Of a stretch of 64,000 bases of DNA, positions 1 to 9,328 are shown piece after piece (position 1 is the first letter of the stretch; every line of letters starts with the position of its first letter). Location: NCBI GenBank assembly GCA_965198025.1, contig OZ240237.1:1689093-1753092 (forward strand), written 5' to 3'. Under the pieces are notes generated by a model. The model made no database searches. It saw only the letters and a list, made by a program, of their open reading frames with translations, and was not told where the DNA came from. This DNA is from Terriglobia bacterium. Its GTDB lineage: Bacteria > Acidobacteriota > Terriglobia > 2-12-FULL-54-10. The translations under genes and the position numbers were made by a program.

Positions 1-669
1 GAGATATTGCCCTCCATCCTGTCGGCGGACATGGCGCGGCTTGGTGAGGCAATGGAAACCGTCAAGGCGGGCGGCGCGTCAGTCTTGCACGTCGACGTCA
101 TGGACGGGCACTTTGTCCCGAACATCACCATCGGACCTCCGGTGGTGAAATCCCTGCGGGCGGCCACCGATTTACTGCTCGACGTGCACCTGATGATCGA
201 GAACCCCGACCAGTACATCCCGGACTTCGTCAAGGCGGGAGCCGATTTTGTGTCGGTGCATCAGGAGGCGGTAACGCACCTCGACCGTACAATCAATCTG
301 ATCAAATCGAACGGCGCAGAAGCGGGCGTGGTGATCAACCCGGCGACTCCCGTGGAGGCGCTTTCTGTGGCCATCGAGATCGTGGATTATGTCCTGGTTA
401 TGACGGTTAATCCAGGCTTTGGCGGACAGACCTTTATCCCGTATACTTTGAGGAAGGTTCGGCAGCTCGATCAGATTCGTCGGAAACGGGCTCTGGACTT
501 CTGGATCGAGGTGGACGGCGGTCTGACGCCTGACAACGTAGGGGAGGCGGTCCGGGCCGGCGCGGATTGGATTGTGGCCGGTTCGAGCGTCTATCGTTCG
601 TCAGATCCCAGGCAGACAGTGGCCGAGATGCGTCGCTTGGCGAATGAAGCAACCCTGAGCCGAATTTGA
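1..669 (+). CDS. rpe: ribulose-phosphate 3-epimerase; the 5' end probably lies upstream of the window (track ORF begins at a TTG at 7, and the frame stays open back to nt 1)
   Basis: Translation ILPSILSADMARLGE...HVDVMDGHFVPNITIGP...VNPGFGGQTFIP...EVDGG matches the Rpe TIM-barrel signature motifs along its full length. Confidence 0.85.
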   Translation, partial: EILPSILSADMARLGEAMETVKAGGASVLHVDVMDGHFVPNITIGPPVVKSLRAATDLLLDVHLMIENPDQYIPDFVKAGADFVSVHQEAVTHLDRTINLIKSNGAEAGVVINPATPVEALSVAIEIVDYVLVMTVNPGFGGQTFIPYTLRKVRQLDQIRRKRALDFWIEVDGGLTPDNVGEAVRAGADWIVAGSSVYRSSDPRQTVAEMRRLANEATLSRI

Positions 670-702
670 CCGGTCCGGAGCAATCGGAAGCTGGTCCTGT
701 GA

Positions 703-1806
703 ATGGAGGCTGCGGTGAGAAGACAACAGTGGATCTTGCTGGTGCTTGTCGGTTTGGTCCTGCTCGGGGGCTGCGGGCTGCGCCGGAACCCGATGGAGAC
801 TCCCATCATCAGCGACTCACTGCAACCGGACCTGGATCTGTTCAACCGGGCGATGAACGACCTGGAACGGTCCCGGTACGACGTGGCGCGCTTGACGCTG
901 CAGACCCTCATCAACACCTACCCGGACAGTGAATACATCGCCCGATCCAAGCTGGCGATCGCCGATTCCTGGTATCGCCAGGGCGGCACGAACGGTTTGA
1001 TGCAGGCTGAGGCCGAATACCGTGATTTCATTACTTTCTTCCCTACCATGGCGGAAGCTGCGGAGGCCCAGATGCGCGTCGCCATGATCCACTACCGGGG
1101 AATGGAGAAGCCGGACCGCGACCCCACGCACGCCCGCCAAGCGGAACAGGAGTTCCAGCGCCTGCTGTTGAATTATCCCGATACGCCGTTTGTTCCGCTC
1201 GCGGAGCAGCGGCTCCGGGAAGTGCAGGAAGTTCTTGCCCAGGGCATGTTCGAGGTGGGACGATTCTATTTCATCCAGGGCGTTGATATCGCTGCCCGGC
1301 GGCGGCTGAAAGAGCTGGCGGAGCGATACCCGCAGTTCAGCGAAGCCGATACCACTCTCCTCCTCCTTGCCCGCTCTTTGGAGCGGAGCGGTGAGGTAAC
1401 GGCCGATGAGGCTCCTTCCTATTATGTGCAAATCGTCCGCGACTACCCCTTGAGCGAACATGTGGAAGAAGCCAAAGAGCGGCTTACCGCTATGGGAAGT
1501 CCGATTCCAGAAGCCAATCCCGCTGCGGTAGCTCGTATGACCTACGAAGACACGCACGGGCAATCCCCTGGCCTGTTTAGCAGGATGATGGGGGCGTTCA
1601 TCCGCAGACCCAATGTCTCGGCGGCTCAGGGGAAGATCGGCCTCCCAACGATGACGACACAGGGACCTGCGCAGGCCGCGGCGTTTCCGGGCGGCTCTCC
1701 TCCTACGGGCAGTTCCGGGACTGAGTCCGCTTCTTCCTCTTCTTCCAGTCCGCCTGCCACGATAGTCTTCGAATCCGTTGGCCCGGCGGAGGGGGAACAA
1801 CCCTAG
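703..1806 (+). CDS. bamD: BamD-like outer membrane assembly lipoprotein (TPR repeats) with a Ser/Pro-rich low-complexity C-terminal extension
   Basis: Signal peptide with lipobox LLGGC; TPR-like segments YDVARLTLQTLINTYPDSEYIARSKLAIADSWYRQG and AEAEYRDFITFFPT resemble BamD/YfiO; the gene follows rpe. Confidence 0.7.
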   Translation: MEAAVRRQQWILLVLVGLVLLGGCGLRRNPMETPIISDSLQPDLDLFNRAMNDLERSRYDVARLTLQTLINTYPDSEYIARSKLAIADSWYRQGGTNGLMQAEAEYRDFITFFPTMAEAAEAQMRVAMIHYRGMEKPDRDPTHARQAEQEFQRLLLNYPDTPFVPLAEQRLREVQEVLAQGMFEVGRFYFIQGVDIAARRRLKELAERYPQFSEADTTLLLLARSLERSGEVTADEAPSYYVQIVRDYPLSEHVEEAKERLTAMGSPIPEANPAAVARMTYEDTHGQSPGLFSRMMGAFIRRPNVSAAQGKIGLPTMTTQGPAQAAAFPGGSPPTGSSGTESASSSSSSPPATIVFESVGPAEGEQP

Positions 1807-2013
1807 ACGGGACCTTATTCGCAAGCCCTTTCTCCTGTGGTTGCGCCAGGACTGGTTGGTTGCGTCATCTTTGCGGGCGATTCCCTCCATGACATTGCAC
1901 TCTTTACTGAATTGGCTCACGCGCTGTCACCCCAATGGAGCCTGTATTGACATCACCGAATGGCCGGTGGTAAACAAGGAGCGACTCGCTGACTGGGGGG
2001 ATCGGAACAGGCC

Positions 2014-3357
2014 GTGGCGACAATTCTGTTAGCCGATGACAGTGGCACTGCCCAGCGAATGGGTGTACAGATTCTTTCCGCGGAAGGACATGAAGTCAAG
2101 ACGGTCAGCAATGGTCAGGCCGCCATCAAGATGCTGAGCCAGTTCTCCCCGGACCTGATCGTGGCCGACGTCTTCATGCCGGGGAAGACTGGCTACGAAG
2201 TGTGCGAGTTCGTGAAGTCCAACGCAGAATCCTCCTGGATTCCTGTGCTGCTGATCGTGGCTCCAATGGAGCCGTACGACGCGACCGAGGGGCAGCGCGT
2301 AAAGGCGGACGGCCTCGTTACCAAGCCGCTGGACAAGTCGAATCTGATCGAAACGGTCCAATCGTTGTTGGCTTCTACCGAAAAGCCCGCCGCGCAACAG
2401 CCGGAGCCTCCGCCTGAGCCCAACGAGTTGCACGAATTTTCCCGGGAAGAAGACCCTACCATCCTCGCGATCACCTCGCCCTTGACAGCGGAGATTGACA
2501 TTCCGGAAGAGATGATGAATCAGCCCATCAGTCTCGGCAGCGAGCTGCTCGAACCGGAGTCTGTCGAGACAGAACCGTCGGCGGGAGAACAACTGCTCGA
2601 ACCGGAACCTGTCGAAACGGAGCCGTCTGCGGATGAGGGGATGGCCGACGAAGCGCCCCCACCGGCCCTAGTAGAGAACGAATCCCCAGATATAGTGCAG
2701 GACCCCGTTTTCGTCTCGATATCAGAACCGGTTGAACCTGAAGAGATCGGGCGGATCTTTGCCGAAATCAAGGATTCCCCGGAGGAACAACCCTCTTTGG
2801 AGGAACCCGAGCCTCTTATCTCGGCAACTTTGGCCCATGAAACTGAGGAATCCGAAACGCCCGTCCCGGCGGTTTCGGCCCAGGAATCTGACTCCACACC
2901 GGAGGCCTCCTGGACCGGTGAGCTGGCCCAAGTACCGGAAGAAGACAAGAAGTTGTTTGTACCGCACCAGGACTGGCAAGGCCTTGTGAACATGGTCCAG
3001 GAGGCCGGCGAAGACGGGCAGTTTCCCGCCGTTTCTTCAGCCGGCGCCGGAGTGGACTCGGCCACTAAGACACCTGCCGAGGAACATCTATCCGAAGAAG
3101 CTGAACCCGCTGCCGCCCAACCGTCCGAAGAACCCAAATGGATTCCGCAGTTGGCGGCGGAAGAGCATACACCACCTGCCCAGCCAGAACCCTCTTCTTC
3201 CGCTGATACGACGGAGATGACGTTTCCACAGGTCGCACCGCTCAATTACGGCACGGTGGAACAGATTGTCCGGGAAACCATTGAAGGAGTCATGCCGCAG
3301 ATTGTGGAGCGCATCGCCAAGGCGACCGGAATCCAATTCCCGAAGGATAGGGACTAA
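2014..3357 (+). CDS. CheY-like response regulator receiver domain protein with a ~320 aa acidic Glu/Pro-rich disordered C-terminal tail
   Basis: N-terminus ILLADDSG...PDLIVADVFMPGKTGYEVCEFVKS is a REC domain with the phosphoacceptor Asp; the rest is low-complexity E/P/S-rich with no output domain seen. Confidence 0.8.
   Translation: MATILLADDSGTAQRMGVQILSAEGHEVKTVSNGQAAIKMLSQFSPDLIVADVFMPGKTGYEVCEFVKSNAESSWIPVLLIVAPMEPYDATEGQRVKADGLVTKPLDKSNLIETVQSLLASTEKPAAQQPEPPPEPNELHEFSREEDPTILAITSPLTAEIDIPEEMMNQPISLGSELLEPESVETEPSAGEQLLEPEPVETEPSADEGMADEAPPPALVENESPDIVQDPVFVSISEPVEPEEIGRIFAEIKDSPEEQPSLEEPEPLISATLAHETEESETPVPAVSAQESDSTPEASWTGELAQVPEEDKKLFVPHQDWQGLVNMVQEAGEDGQFPAVSSAGAGVDSATKTPAEEHLSEEAEPAAAQPSEEPKWIPQLAAEEHTPPAQPEPSSSADTTEMTFPQVAPLNYGTVEQIVRETIEGVMPQIVERIAKATGIQFPKDRD
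2536..2631 (+). repeat. in-frame tandem duplication of a 48-nt unit (LLEPE[S/P]VETEPSA[G/D]E x2) inside the response-regulator tail
   Basis: gagctgctcgaaccggagtctgtcgagacagaaccgtcggcgggagaa is followed by the near-identical caactgctcgaaccggaacctgtcgaaacggagccgtctgcggatgag. Confidence 0.7.
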
Positions 3358-3418
3358 TTCAGTCCCTCGGAGGTTGTGTCCGCACAAGGTCCTACGCGCT
3401 GCAGGGTGCGCGTTCCCG

Positions 3419-3727
3419 CTATTTCTTAAATAAGGAATCCCACTTTTTTCGGGCGTCGTCGCCGGATGCGCCGGCCTTGCGCACCAGATCGACATGGGTC
3501 GATGGCTCAAAGTAATCGCAATAATTGGCTCGGTCTTTGTAGCGCACCCACTCCGCTTGAGTTTCCCGGCACTCGTTGTGGGACGAGGGATCGAAAAACC
3601 GGCAATTCCGGCAGCAATGCAAGTCCGCGTTGCACTTCGAGCACGTATCGCTCTTGAGAACCTTTTGCGCCGTGATCAGCCGCACGGAGTTCCCGCATTG
3701 GAAGCAGGAAAAAACAACGTTCGGCAT
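3419..3727 (-). CDS. small cysteine-rich protein, predicted zinc-ribbon / metal-binding
   Basis: 102 aa with 10 Cys in CxxC-like pairs (CFQCG, CSKC, HCCRNC, HNEC), sitting in the gap between the response regulator and recG; no confident family assignment. Confidence 0.45.
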   Translation of the reverse strand: MPNVVFSCFQCGNSVRLITAQKVLKSDTCSKCNADLHCCRNCRFFDPSSHNECRETQAEWVRYKDRANYCDYFEPSTHVDLVRKAGASGDDARKKWDSLFKK

Positions 3728-3777
3728 GCCAAGAGTTTACCACGAAGCCGCTTGAGGCGAGCCGCCGCCCTTCCACT

Positions 3778-5949
3778 ATGATCACGCTTTCTTCCTCCGT
3801 TCAGTTTGTCAAAGGTGTGGGAGCCTCGCGAGCTGAAACCTTGCGGCAGAAGGCAATTCAGACGGTCGAAGATCTGCTGTTTTACCTCCCCTTCCGCTAT
3901 GAAGACCGCACACGTTTGCGCGGACCGTCCGAAGTGCGTGCTGGCGAAGTTGCCACGGTGATCGCCCGCGTGCGTTCGGCGGGAGCGCTTCCGGTGCGGC
4001 GAAACCGCGTAAAGATCTTTTGTGTCGACGTAGGCGAACGTGGCGCGTATTTTCGCTGCAAGTGGTTCAACTCCGCTTGGCTGGAGCGGATGATCCGGCC
4101 GGGCCAGTATATCGCGCTCCACGGCAAAGTGGAGTTCGACGCCTATGAGGGCGGCCTGCAGATGATGCAGCCGCAATTTGAGATTCTTCCGGAATTCACC
4201 GCCCCACTCGATACCGGCGGCATCAGCGCGGCCGGGCATTCGCTCGAAGTCGGGCGCATCGTTCCGATCTATGAAGCCGTCGGCAAGGGCCGCCTGACAT
4301 CGCGGTTCTTCCGAAATGCCGTCTATTCCGCGCTGGAATCCCTTTCCGGAATCGAGGACCCGCTGCCCCGGACCGTTTCCGAACCGCTCGGATTTCTCTC
4401 GCGCTATGAGGCGTTTCGCAACGCTCATTTTCCTCCCCCCGGCACGCGGCTCGCAGACCTGGATTCGTTCCGCAGTCCGGCTCAGATTCGGCTCATCTTT
4501 GAGGAATTTTTTCTGCTCGAAACAGGCCTCGCGCTCAAGAGAATGCGCGCCCATGAACAGCCCGGTATTGCCTTCCGTACCGACTCGCGCATCCGCGAAT
4601 CGCTCAAACGCATCCTTGCCTTTCGTCCGACCACGGCACAGAAGCGAGTGCTCGGCGAGATCGTAGAGGACATGCGGGCCTCTCGACCCATGCATCGGCT
4701 GCTCCAAGGTGATGTCGGCTGCGGAAAAACTCTGGTTGCGCTCCAGGCTGCCGTTGTTGCGATCGAAAACGGCTATCAGGTGGCCGTCATGGCGCCGACG
4801 GAGATCCTCGCCGCGCAGCACTTCTTCTATTTCCGACGGCTCCTCGCACGGTCCGGCTACACTTCAGCTCTATTGAGCGGAAGTGCAGGATCGCGGGAAA
4901 AGCGTGCGGTCAAGAAGCTGCTCCGGGAAGGAGCGGCCCAGATCGGCATCGGCACCCACGCCCTGATCGAGGGCGACGTCGAGTTCAAAGCGCTCGGTTT
5001 GGTGATCATTGACGAACAGCACCGCTTCGGCGTCATGCAGCGCCTGCGGCTAATGCAGAAGGCGCAAACCCCGGACACGCTCGTCATGACGGCTACTCCT
5101 ATCCCACGCACCCTGGCTCTGACCGTCTACGGCGACTTGGATGTTTCCGTGATCGACGAAATGCCTGCGGGCCGCCGGCCTATTCTGACGCGGCAGATAT
5201 CCAGTGAGGAAGCCGACCAGGCCTATGAATTCGCGCGATCGCAGGTCGCAGCAGGCGCTCAGGTGTTTGTCGTCTGCCCGGTCATCGAGGACACCTCCGT
5301 CCTGGGAGGGACTGCGTCGAGTCGCCAGACCCGCCGCGCGGCCAGTGATCTTAAATCTGCGCTGCGGATGCACGAGCATTTGGCGAAGCACGTGTTCCCG
5401 GGCATTCCGGTCGGCCTGCTGCACGGCAGGATGACGTCGGAGGAGAAGGAACGCACCATGGGCGCCTTTCAGGCTGGCGACCTGCCCATTCTGGTCGGTA
5501 CTACCGTGGTGGAGGTCGGCGTGGACGTGCCCAACGCCACCGTCATGATCATTGAACAAGCTGAGCGGTTCGGACTGGCGCAACTGCATCAACTGCGAGG
5601 CCGCGTCGGCCGAGGGGCCCGCCAGTCTCATTGTCTGCTGCTTGCCTCCCGCGATCTTTCCGATGCCGGCCGGCAGAGACTCGCCGCCCTGGAGCAAACT
5701 CTCAGCGGTTTCGAGATCGCCGAACTCGACATGCGCCTGCGCGGGCCTGGAGAGTTTTTGGGTACGCGTCAGTCGGGGCTTCCAGTGCTCCGCGTCGCCA
5801 ACTTGCTGCGCGATCGGGAAATTCTGGAGCAAGCGCGCCGCCTGGCTCTCGACTTTGTCGACCGCGGTGAGCGCAAGGAGCTGGATCGGCTGGCCAGTTA
5901 CATCAAAGGCAACTGGAACCGCCGCCAGGGTCTCATCCGGGTCGGGTAG
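3778..5949 (+). CDS. recG: ATP-dependent DNA helicase RecG
   Basis: 723 aa; N-terminal wedge/OB region, Walker A GDVGCGKT, DEQHRFG box, helicase C-terminal motifs (QLRGRVGRG) and a RecG-type C-terminus. Confidence 0.9.
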   Translation: MITLSSSVQFVKGVGASRAETLRQKAIQTVEDLLFYLPFRYEDRTRLRGPSEVRAGEVATVIARVRSAGALPVRRNRVKIFCVDVGERGAYFRCKWFNSAWLERMIRPGQYIALHGKVEFDAYEGGLQMMQPQFEILPEFTAPLDTGGISAAGHSLEVGRIVPIYEAVGKGRLTSRFFRNAVYSALESLSGIEDPLPRTVSEPLGFLSRYEAFRNAHFPPPGTRLADLDSFRSPAQIRLIFEEFFLLETGLALKRMRAHEQPGIAFRTDSRIRESLKRILAFRPTTAQKRVLGEIVEDMRASRPMHRLLQGDVGCGKTLVALQAAVVAIENGYQVAVMAPTEILAAQHFFYFRRLLARSGYTSALLSGSAGSREKRAVKKLLREGAAQIGIGTHALIEGDVEFKALGLVIIDEQHRFGVMQRLRLMQKAQTPDTLVMTATPIPRTLALTVYGDLDVSVIDEMPAGRRPILTRQISSEEADQAYEFARSQVAAGAQVFVVCPVIEDTSVLGGTASSRQTRRAASDLKSALRMHEHLAKHVFPGIPVGLLHGRMTSEEKERTMGAFQAGDLPILVGTTVVEVGVDVPNATVMIIEQAERFGLAQLHQLRGRVGRGARQSHCLLLASRDLSDAGRQRLAALEQTLSGFEIAELDMRLRGPGEFLGTRQSGLPVLRVANLLRDREILEQARRLALDFVDRGERKELDRLASYIKGNWNRRQGLIRVG

Positions 5950-5976
5950 AAAAACGCCGTTTCCGGCGTTTTTCGG
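5950..5976. terminator. bidirectional intrinsic terminator hairpin (A-tract, acgccg-tttc-cggcgt stem-loop, T-tract) immediately after the recG stop
   Basis: aaaaacgccgtttccggcgttttt begins right after the recG TAG; a perfect 6-bp GC-rich stem flanked by A and T runs. Confidence 0.6.
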
Positions 5977-6296
5977 TTCCTGCGGTAGATTCGGTTCTTG
6001 CGGTTCCTTCCGTTCCTTCGGAATACCAAATTCACTATAAAAACACTAAAAAAAGGGGCGTTTCGGGCCTTGCGGACGGTGCCTGGGTGGGGCCGGCGGC
6101 AAAGGGAACCAGCCCGGCACGCTGTGGCATAAAAATCACCCCCGGGACTTGGATAGCGGACCCGCGATTCGGGACTCGAAGAACAGACCCACGGCACAAC
6201 AAGCGTGCCGTGGCTACAGGACTCGAAGAATCAGTGCAGGCCGGAGGCCTGGCACTACTTGCGGGCTATACAGCAACGCTGAAAATGGTCTAGAAC
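5950..6296 (+). repeat. composite dispersed intergenic element, copy A: terminator hairpin + ggttcc-rich direct repeats + A/T-rich core + GC-rich tail ending gggctatacagcaacgctgaaaatgg
   Basis: About 190 nt are nearly identical to the reverse complement of 63420-63630 and the end motifs also match; a partial copy of the ggttc(c/t)ttcgg repeats occurs at 30470-30545. Confidence 0.6.
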
Positions 6297-9200
6297 GAGA
6301 GCCGCAGCGCAAACTGAATCTGGCGGGCTGTTCCAACGGTAGTGGAGAGCCGGCCGGCGCTCGAACTTCGACGGCCGGAGTTTCCCGAAAACACCACCAC
6401 GGTGTTTCCCTCATTCCGGTCAAAATTCGGGTGGTTCAGCAGATTAAAGAATTCCGCCCGGAACTGCAGCCGTTTTTGCCCATCAATCGAGAACTCCTTC
6501 TGCGCGGAAATGTCCGCGTTGAAGACGAACGGCGAGATGATGGTATTGCGCCCCACATTCCCCAGCGTTCCCGGTGGCGGAAGCGAGAAGGCGCAGGGAT
6601 CGAAGTATAGTTGCGGAGTTCCCAGCTCCTGGCCCGCCGCCACGCCCAGGCAGCCTTCCGTGACCCCTTCGGTCGGGTTCAGACTTTGCCCGGGGATCAG
6701 ATTGGGGCGAGTAGGCTCGAACAGGTATCCCGGGGTTCGGACGTTCACTTCCACCGTGGACGGCACACCAGTCCGGTAGGAGATGATTCCGCCCAGCCGC
6801 CAGCCCCCAAACACCGCCGAAAGAAACCCCGAGTTGAACCAGCGCTGCCCCGTGCCCAGCGGCGGACTCCAAAAGTAGTTCATGGCGATCCGGTGCCGGA
6901 TGTCGAAATTCGACAGGCCCCGGTCCAGCGTGCGCCTCCACCCAAACTGCGCAAGCCCGCTGCCCGGAGCGTTGGAATCATCATCCACCGACTTGCTGAA
7001 CGTATAGCGGAACTGTGCCGACATTCCCGACATCGGCCGCAGGTTGGCGGAAAGCTGCAGGGAGTTATAGAAGGATTGCGCGTCTGAGGCCAGCATCGAA
7101 ATCGCTCCGAACGCCGGATTCACAGGTCCCGCGCCCGGCCGGCAATTCGGCGAGGGCTGCTCACTCTTGCCACAGTCATCCGGGAAGAACAACGACCCGT
7201 CCGGCAGCGTGATCGGATAGGGAAACTGGTTCGTCTCATACCGGCGCAGCAGATGGTTCCCGCGCGCTCCTACGTACGACGCCTGCAAGCTCAAACCGCC
7301 AGCCAGTTCCTGTTGGACCGAGAAATTGTAGCGCATCACCGTCGGCGTCTTCAGGTCCTCGTAATCCACAATGTGAACGTGAGGTGGAAGCCCTCCGATA
7401 GTTGCCGTGGTGCCGACGATCGCATTGGGAAAAGTTTCTCGGGCGTCGAAATTCGGGTTCACCGCTACTTTGTTGAACGGGGCTGTGTTCTTCCTCCCGA
7501 CACCGATGTATCCCAACATCTGATCGTAATAGATCCCAAAGCCGCCCGCCAGCACCGTACTCTGTCCTGCGAACGGCGTCCAACGCCAGCCGATACGCGG
7601 CGCAAAATTGAAGCGCGACGGGTTGTCCCGCACAATCCGGTCTACCAGCACTTCCGTATCGCGCAACGTATCCGAAAGAGACGTCTGCTTCCCATGGATC
7701 TCATCGAGAACGCTTACGTACTCATAGCGCAGTCCCAGATTCAGATGGAACCGCTGGCTGACACGATACTGGTCTTCCAGATAGAGCGCGAACAGAGTCT
7801 GGCGGAAGTTCCGGTTATTGTCCCCGCCGGGCAAGGCCACCTCGACGCTCGTCCCCTGCGGTCCCCCCAGCAGAAAGTTCTCAAAACTGTTGAACCGCCA
7901 CTGCCCGGCTGACATGAAGAAATTTCCGACATCCCAACGGTAGCGATGCGCCTGCAACCCCATCCGCCAAAGGTGCGCTCCGCTCTGGATCACCGCGTCG
8001 GAGGCCGCCTGAAACGTGTTGGTCACCTTTCGATCCGGCAGTGCCGGGAATGTGCCCATGGGAGTTAAGGAGGGAATCTGAATCTGCCCAAACGCGACGG
8101 CGTTGGGAGTGAAGTACAACTCGGGCGGGATGTCCAGCAGCGTGAACTCCTCGTCCCTGGTGACGGGTCGGGTGTACCCCAGACGGACGACGATCAGCCG
8201 CCGCAGGTCGAAGATATGAGACCCGACAAGCGTTGCATAATGCTGGCGGCTTTCCGTCCTGCGCTGCCACAGATAATTATTGTCCGGCCGGTGCCCGGTT
8301 GCGTCGTCGAACGTATAGCGCGCAAAGAAGCTGTCCTGATCCGACAGCTTGTGATCCACGCGCGCCGTGAAGAAACTCTCGTCCGTGGGCAGAAAATCCG
8401 ATGCACGGTTCTCAGCGATCCCGCCTCCTCGGCAGGCCGAATTCGGCAGCGGATACAGCGCCAGATACGGCTGGATTTTAGGGTGCACCTCCAGCGACTG
8501 GATCACCTCGCCGTTGCAATCGGTCAGGATTCCCTGCCGGGAAAGGGCGTCCGGGAAGAAATTGACCTTCGTTTCGGTCAGCCGGTCTCGCAGCGCTTCA
8601 AAGCTCGCCATGAAAAACGTTTGATCTTTCCAGATCGGACCCGTGACCGTCGCCCCGAACTGGTTTCGCTTGAACGGAGTCGGCTCCGGCCCGGGATCGA
8701 AAAAGTTCCGTGCGTCCAGCTTGCTGTTGCGGAAGTACTCGAACAACGTTCCATGGAACTGTGGCGTTCCGGAGCGCGTGATCGAATCCAGCACCCCGCC
8801 GCTGCCGCGCCCATGTTCTGGTCCGAAGGACGTCAGCACTTGTACTTCCAGCACGGCGTCGGACCCTAATTGCACGCCTGCAGCGCTTCGGGGAACTTGA
8901 TTCCGCGCGTCCATGATGTTGGTTCCGTCGAGCAGAAAGTTATTGGAAGTAGAGCGTCCGCCCACCACCGTCAGGCTGCCGCTCCCTCCTCCCCGCGATG
9001 CCGAACCACCCGAGGGGTCTGACACGCCGGCCTGCAGCGTCGCGAGCTGGTTGTAGCTGCGCCCATTGAGCGGAAGTCCCGAAAGCTGAATTTCACTGAT
9101 CTGCTCAGCAGGGGAGGAAGTAGACGGAGGTTGGTCCGCAGTCCGTTCGATACTTGGCTCTTCGCCGGCGGCGCGGGGGCCTTCCGTCACGGTGGGAGCC

Positions 9201-9307
9201 GCCGGATCCTGTGCGTTCGATGAGCTGGATGAGTTCTGGCTCCACGTTCGGCCTGGACCGCACAGCACGAGGGCCAGCAAAACAGGCAAAGAAACTTTCC
9301 GAATCAC
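6290..9307 (-). CDS. TonB-dependent receptor-like outer membrane protein (plug + large beta-barrel, Acidobacteria type)
   Basis: Signal peptide; plug motif LSGLPLNGRSYNQLATLQAGV; 1005 aa; C-terminal barrel closure ...QIQFALRLSF; paralogous to the next gene. Confidence 0.85.
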   Translation of the reverse strand: MIRKVSLPVLLALVLCGPGRTWSQNSSSSSNAQDPAAPTVTEGPRAAGEEPSIERTADQPPSTSSPAEQISEIQLSGLPLNGRSYNQLATLQAGVSDPSGGSASRGGGSGSLTVVGGRSTSNNFLLDGTNIMDARNQVPRSAAGVQLGSDAVLEVQVLTSFGPEHGRGSGGVLDSITRSGTPQFHGTLFEYFRNSKLDARNFFDPGPEPTPFKRNQFGATVTGPIWKDQTFFMASFEALRDRLTETKVNFFPDALSRQGILTDCNGEVIQSLEVHPKIQPYLALYPLPNSACRGGGIAENRASDFLPTDESFFTARVDHKLSDQDSFFARYTFDDATGHRPDNNYLWQRRTESRQHYATLVGSHIFDLRRLIVVRLGYTRPVTRDEEFTLLDIPPELYFTPNAVAFGQIQIPSLTPMGTFPALPDRKVTNTFQAASDAVIQSGAHLWRMGLQAHRYRWDVGNFFMSAGQWRFNSFENFLLGGPQGTSVEVALPGGDNNRNFRQTLFALYLEDQYRVSQRFHLNLGLRYEYVSVLDEIHGKQTSLSDTLRDTEVLVDRIVRDNPSRFNFAPRIGWRWTPFAGQSTVLAGGFGIYYDQMLGYIGVGRKNTAPFNKVAVNPNFDARETFPNAIVGTTATIGGLPPHVHIVDYEDLKTPTVMRYNFSVQQELAGGLSLQASYVGARGNHLLRRYETNQFPYPITLPDGSLFFPDDCGKSEQPSPNCRPGAGPVNPAFGAISMLASDAQSFYNSLQLSANLRPMSGMSAQFRYTFSKSVDDDSNAPGSGLAQFGWRRTLDRGLSNFDIRHRIAMNYFWSPPLGTGQRWFNSGFLSAVFGGWRLGGIISYRTGVPSTVEVNVRTPGYLFEPTRPNLIPGQSLNPTEGVTEGCLGVAAGQELGTPQLYFDPCAFSLPPPGTLGNVGRNTIISPFVFNADISAQKEFSIDGQKRLQFRAEFFNLLNHPNFDRNEGNTVVVFSGNSGRRSSSAGRLSTTVGTARQIQFALRLSF

Positions 9308-9328
9308 CGTCTTCGCTTTCCGCCCTCG

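Noticed and set aside
817-1920. 367-aa ORF antisense to the BamD-like gene; similar long antisense ORFs lie at 3676-4821 (in recG), 15085-17673 (in ftsH), 11345-12361 and 40634-42286 (in receptor genes), 23122-24276 (in lpd), 33422-34549 (in UbiD), 57641-58813 and 60174-61268
   Set aside because: These are typical high-GC shadow ORFs opposite strongly supported genes. Their translations are Arg/Gly/Pro-rich low-complexity with no family motifs.
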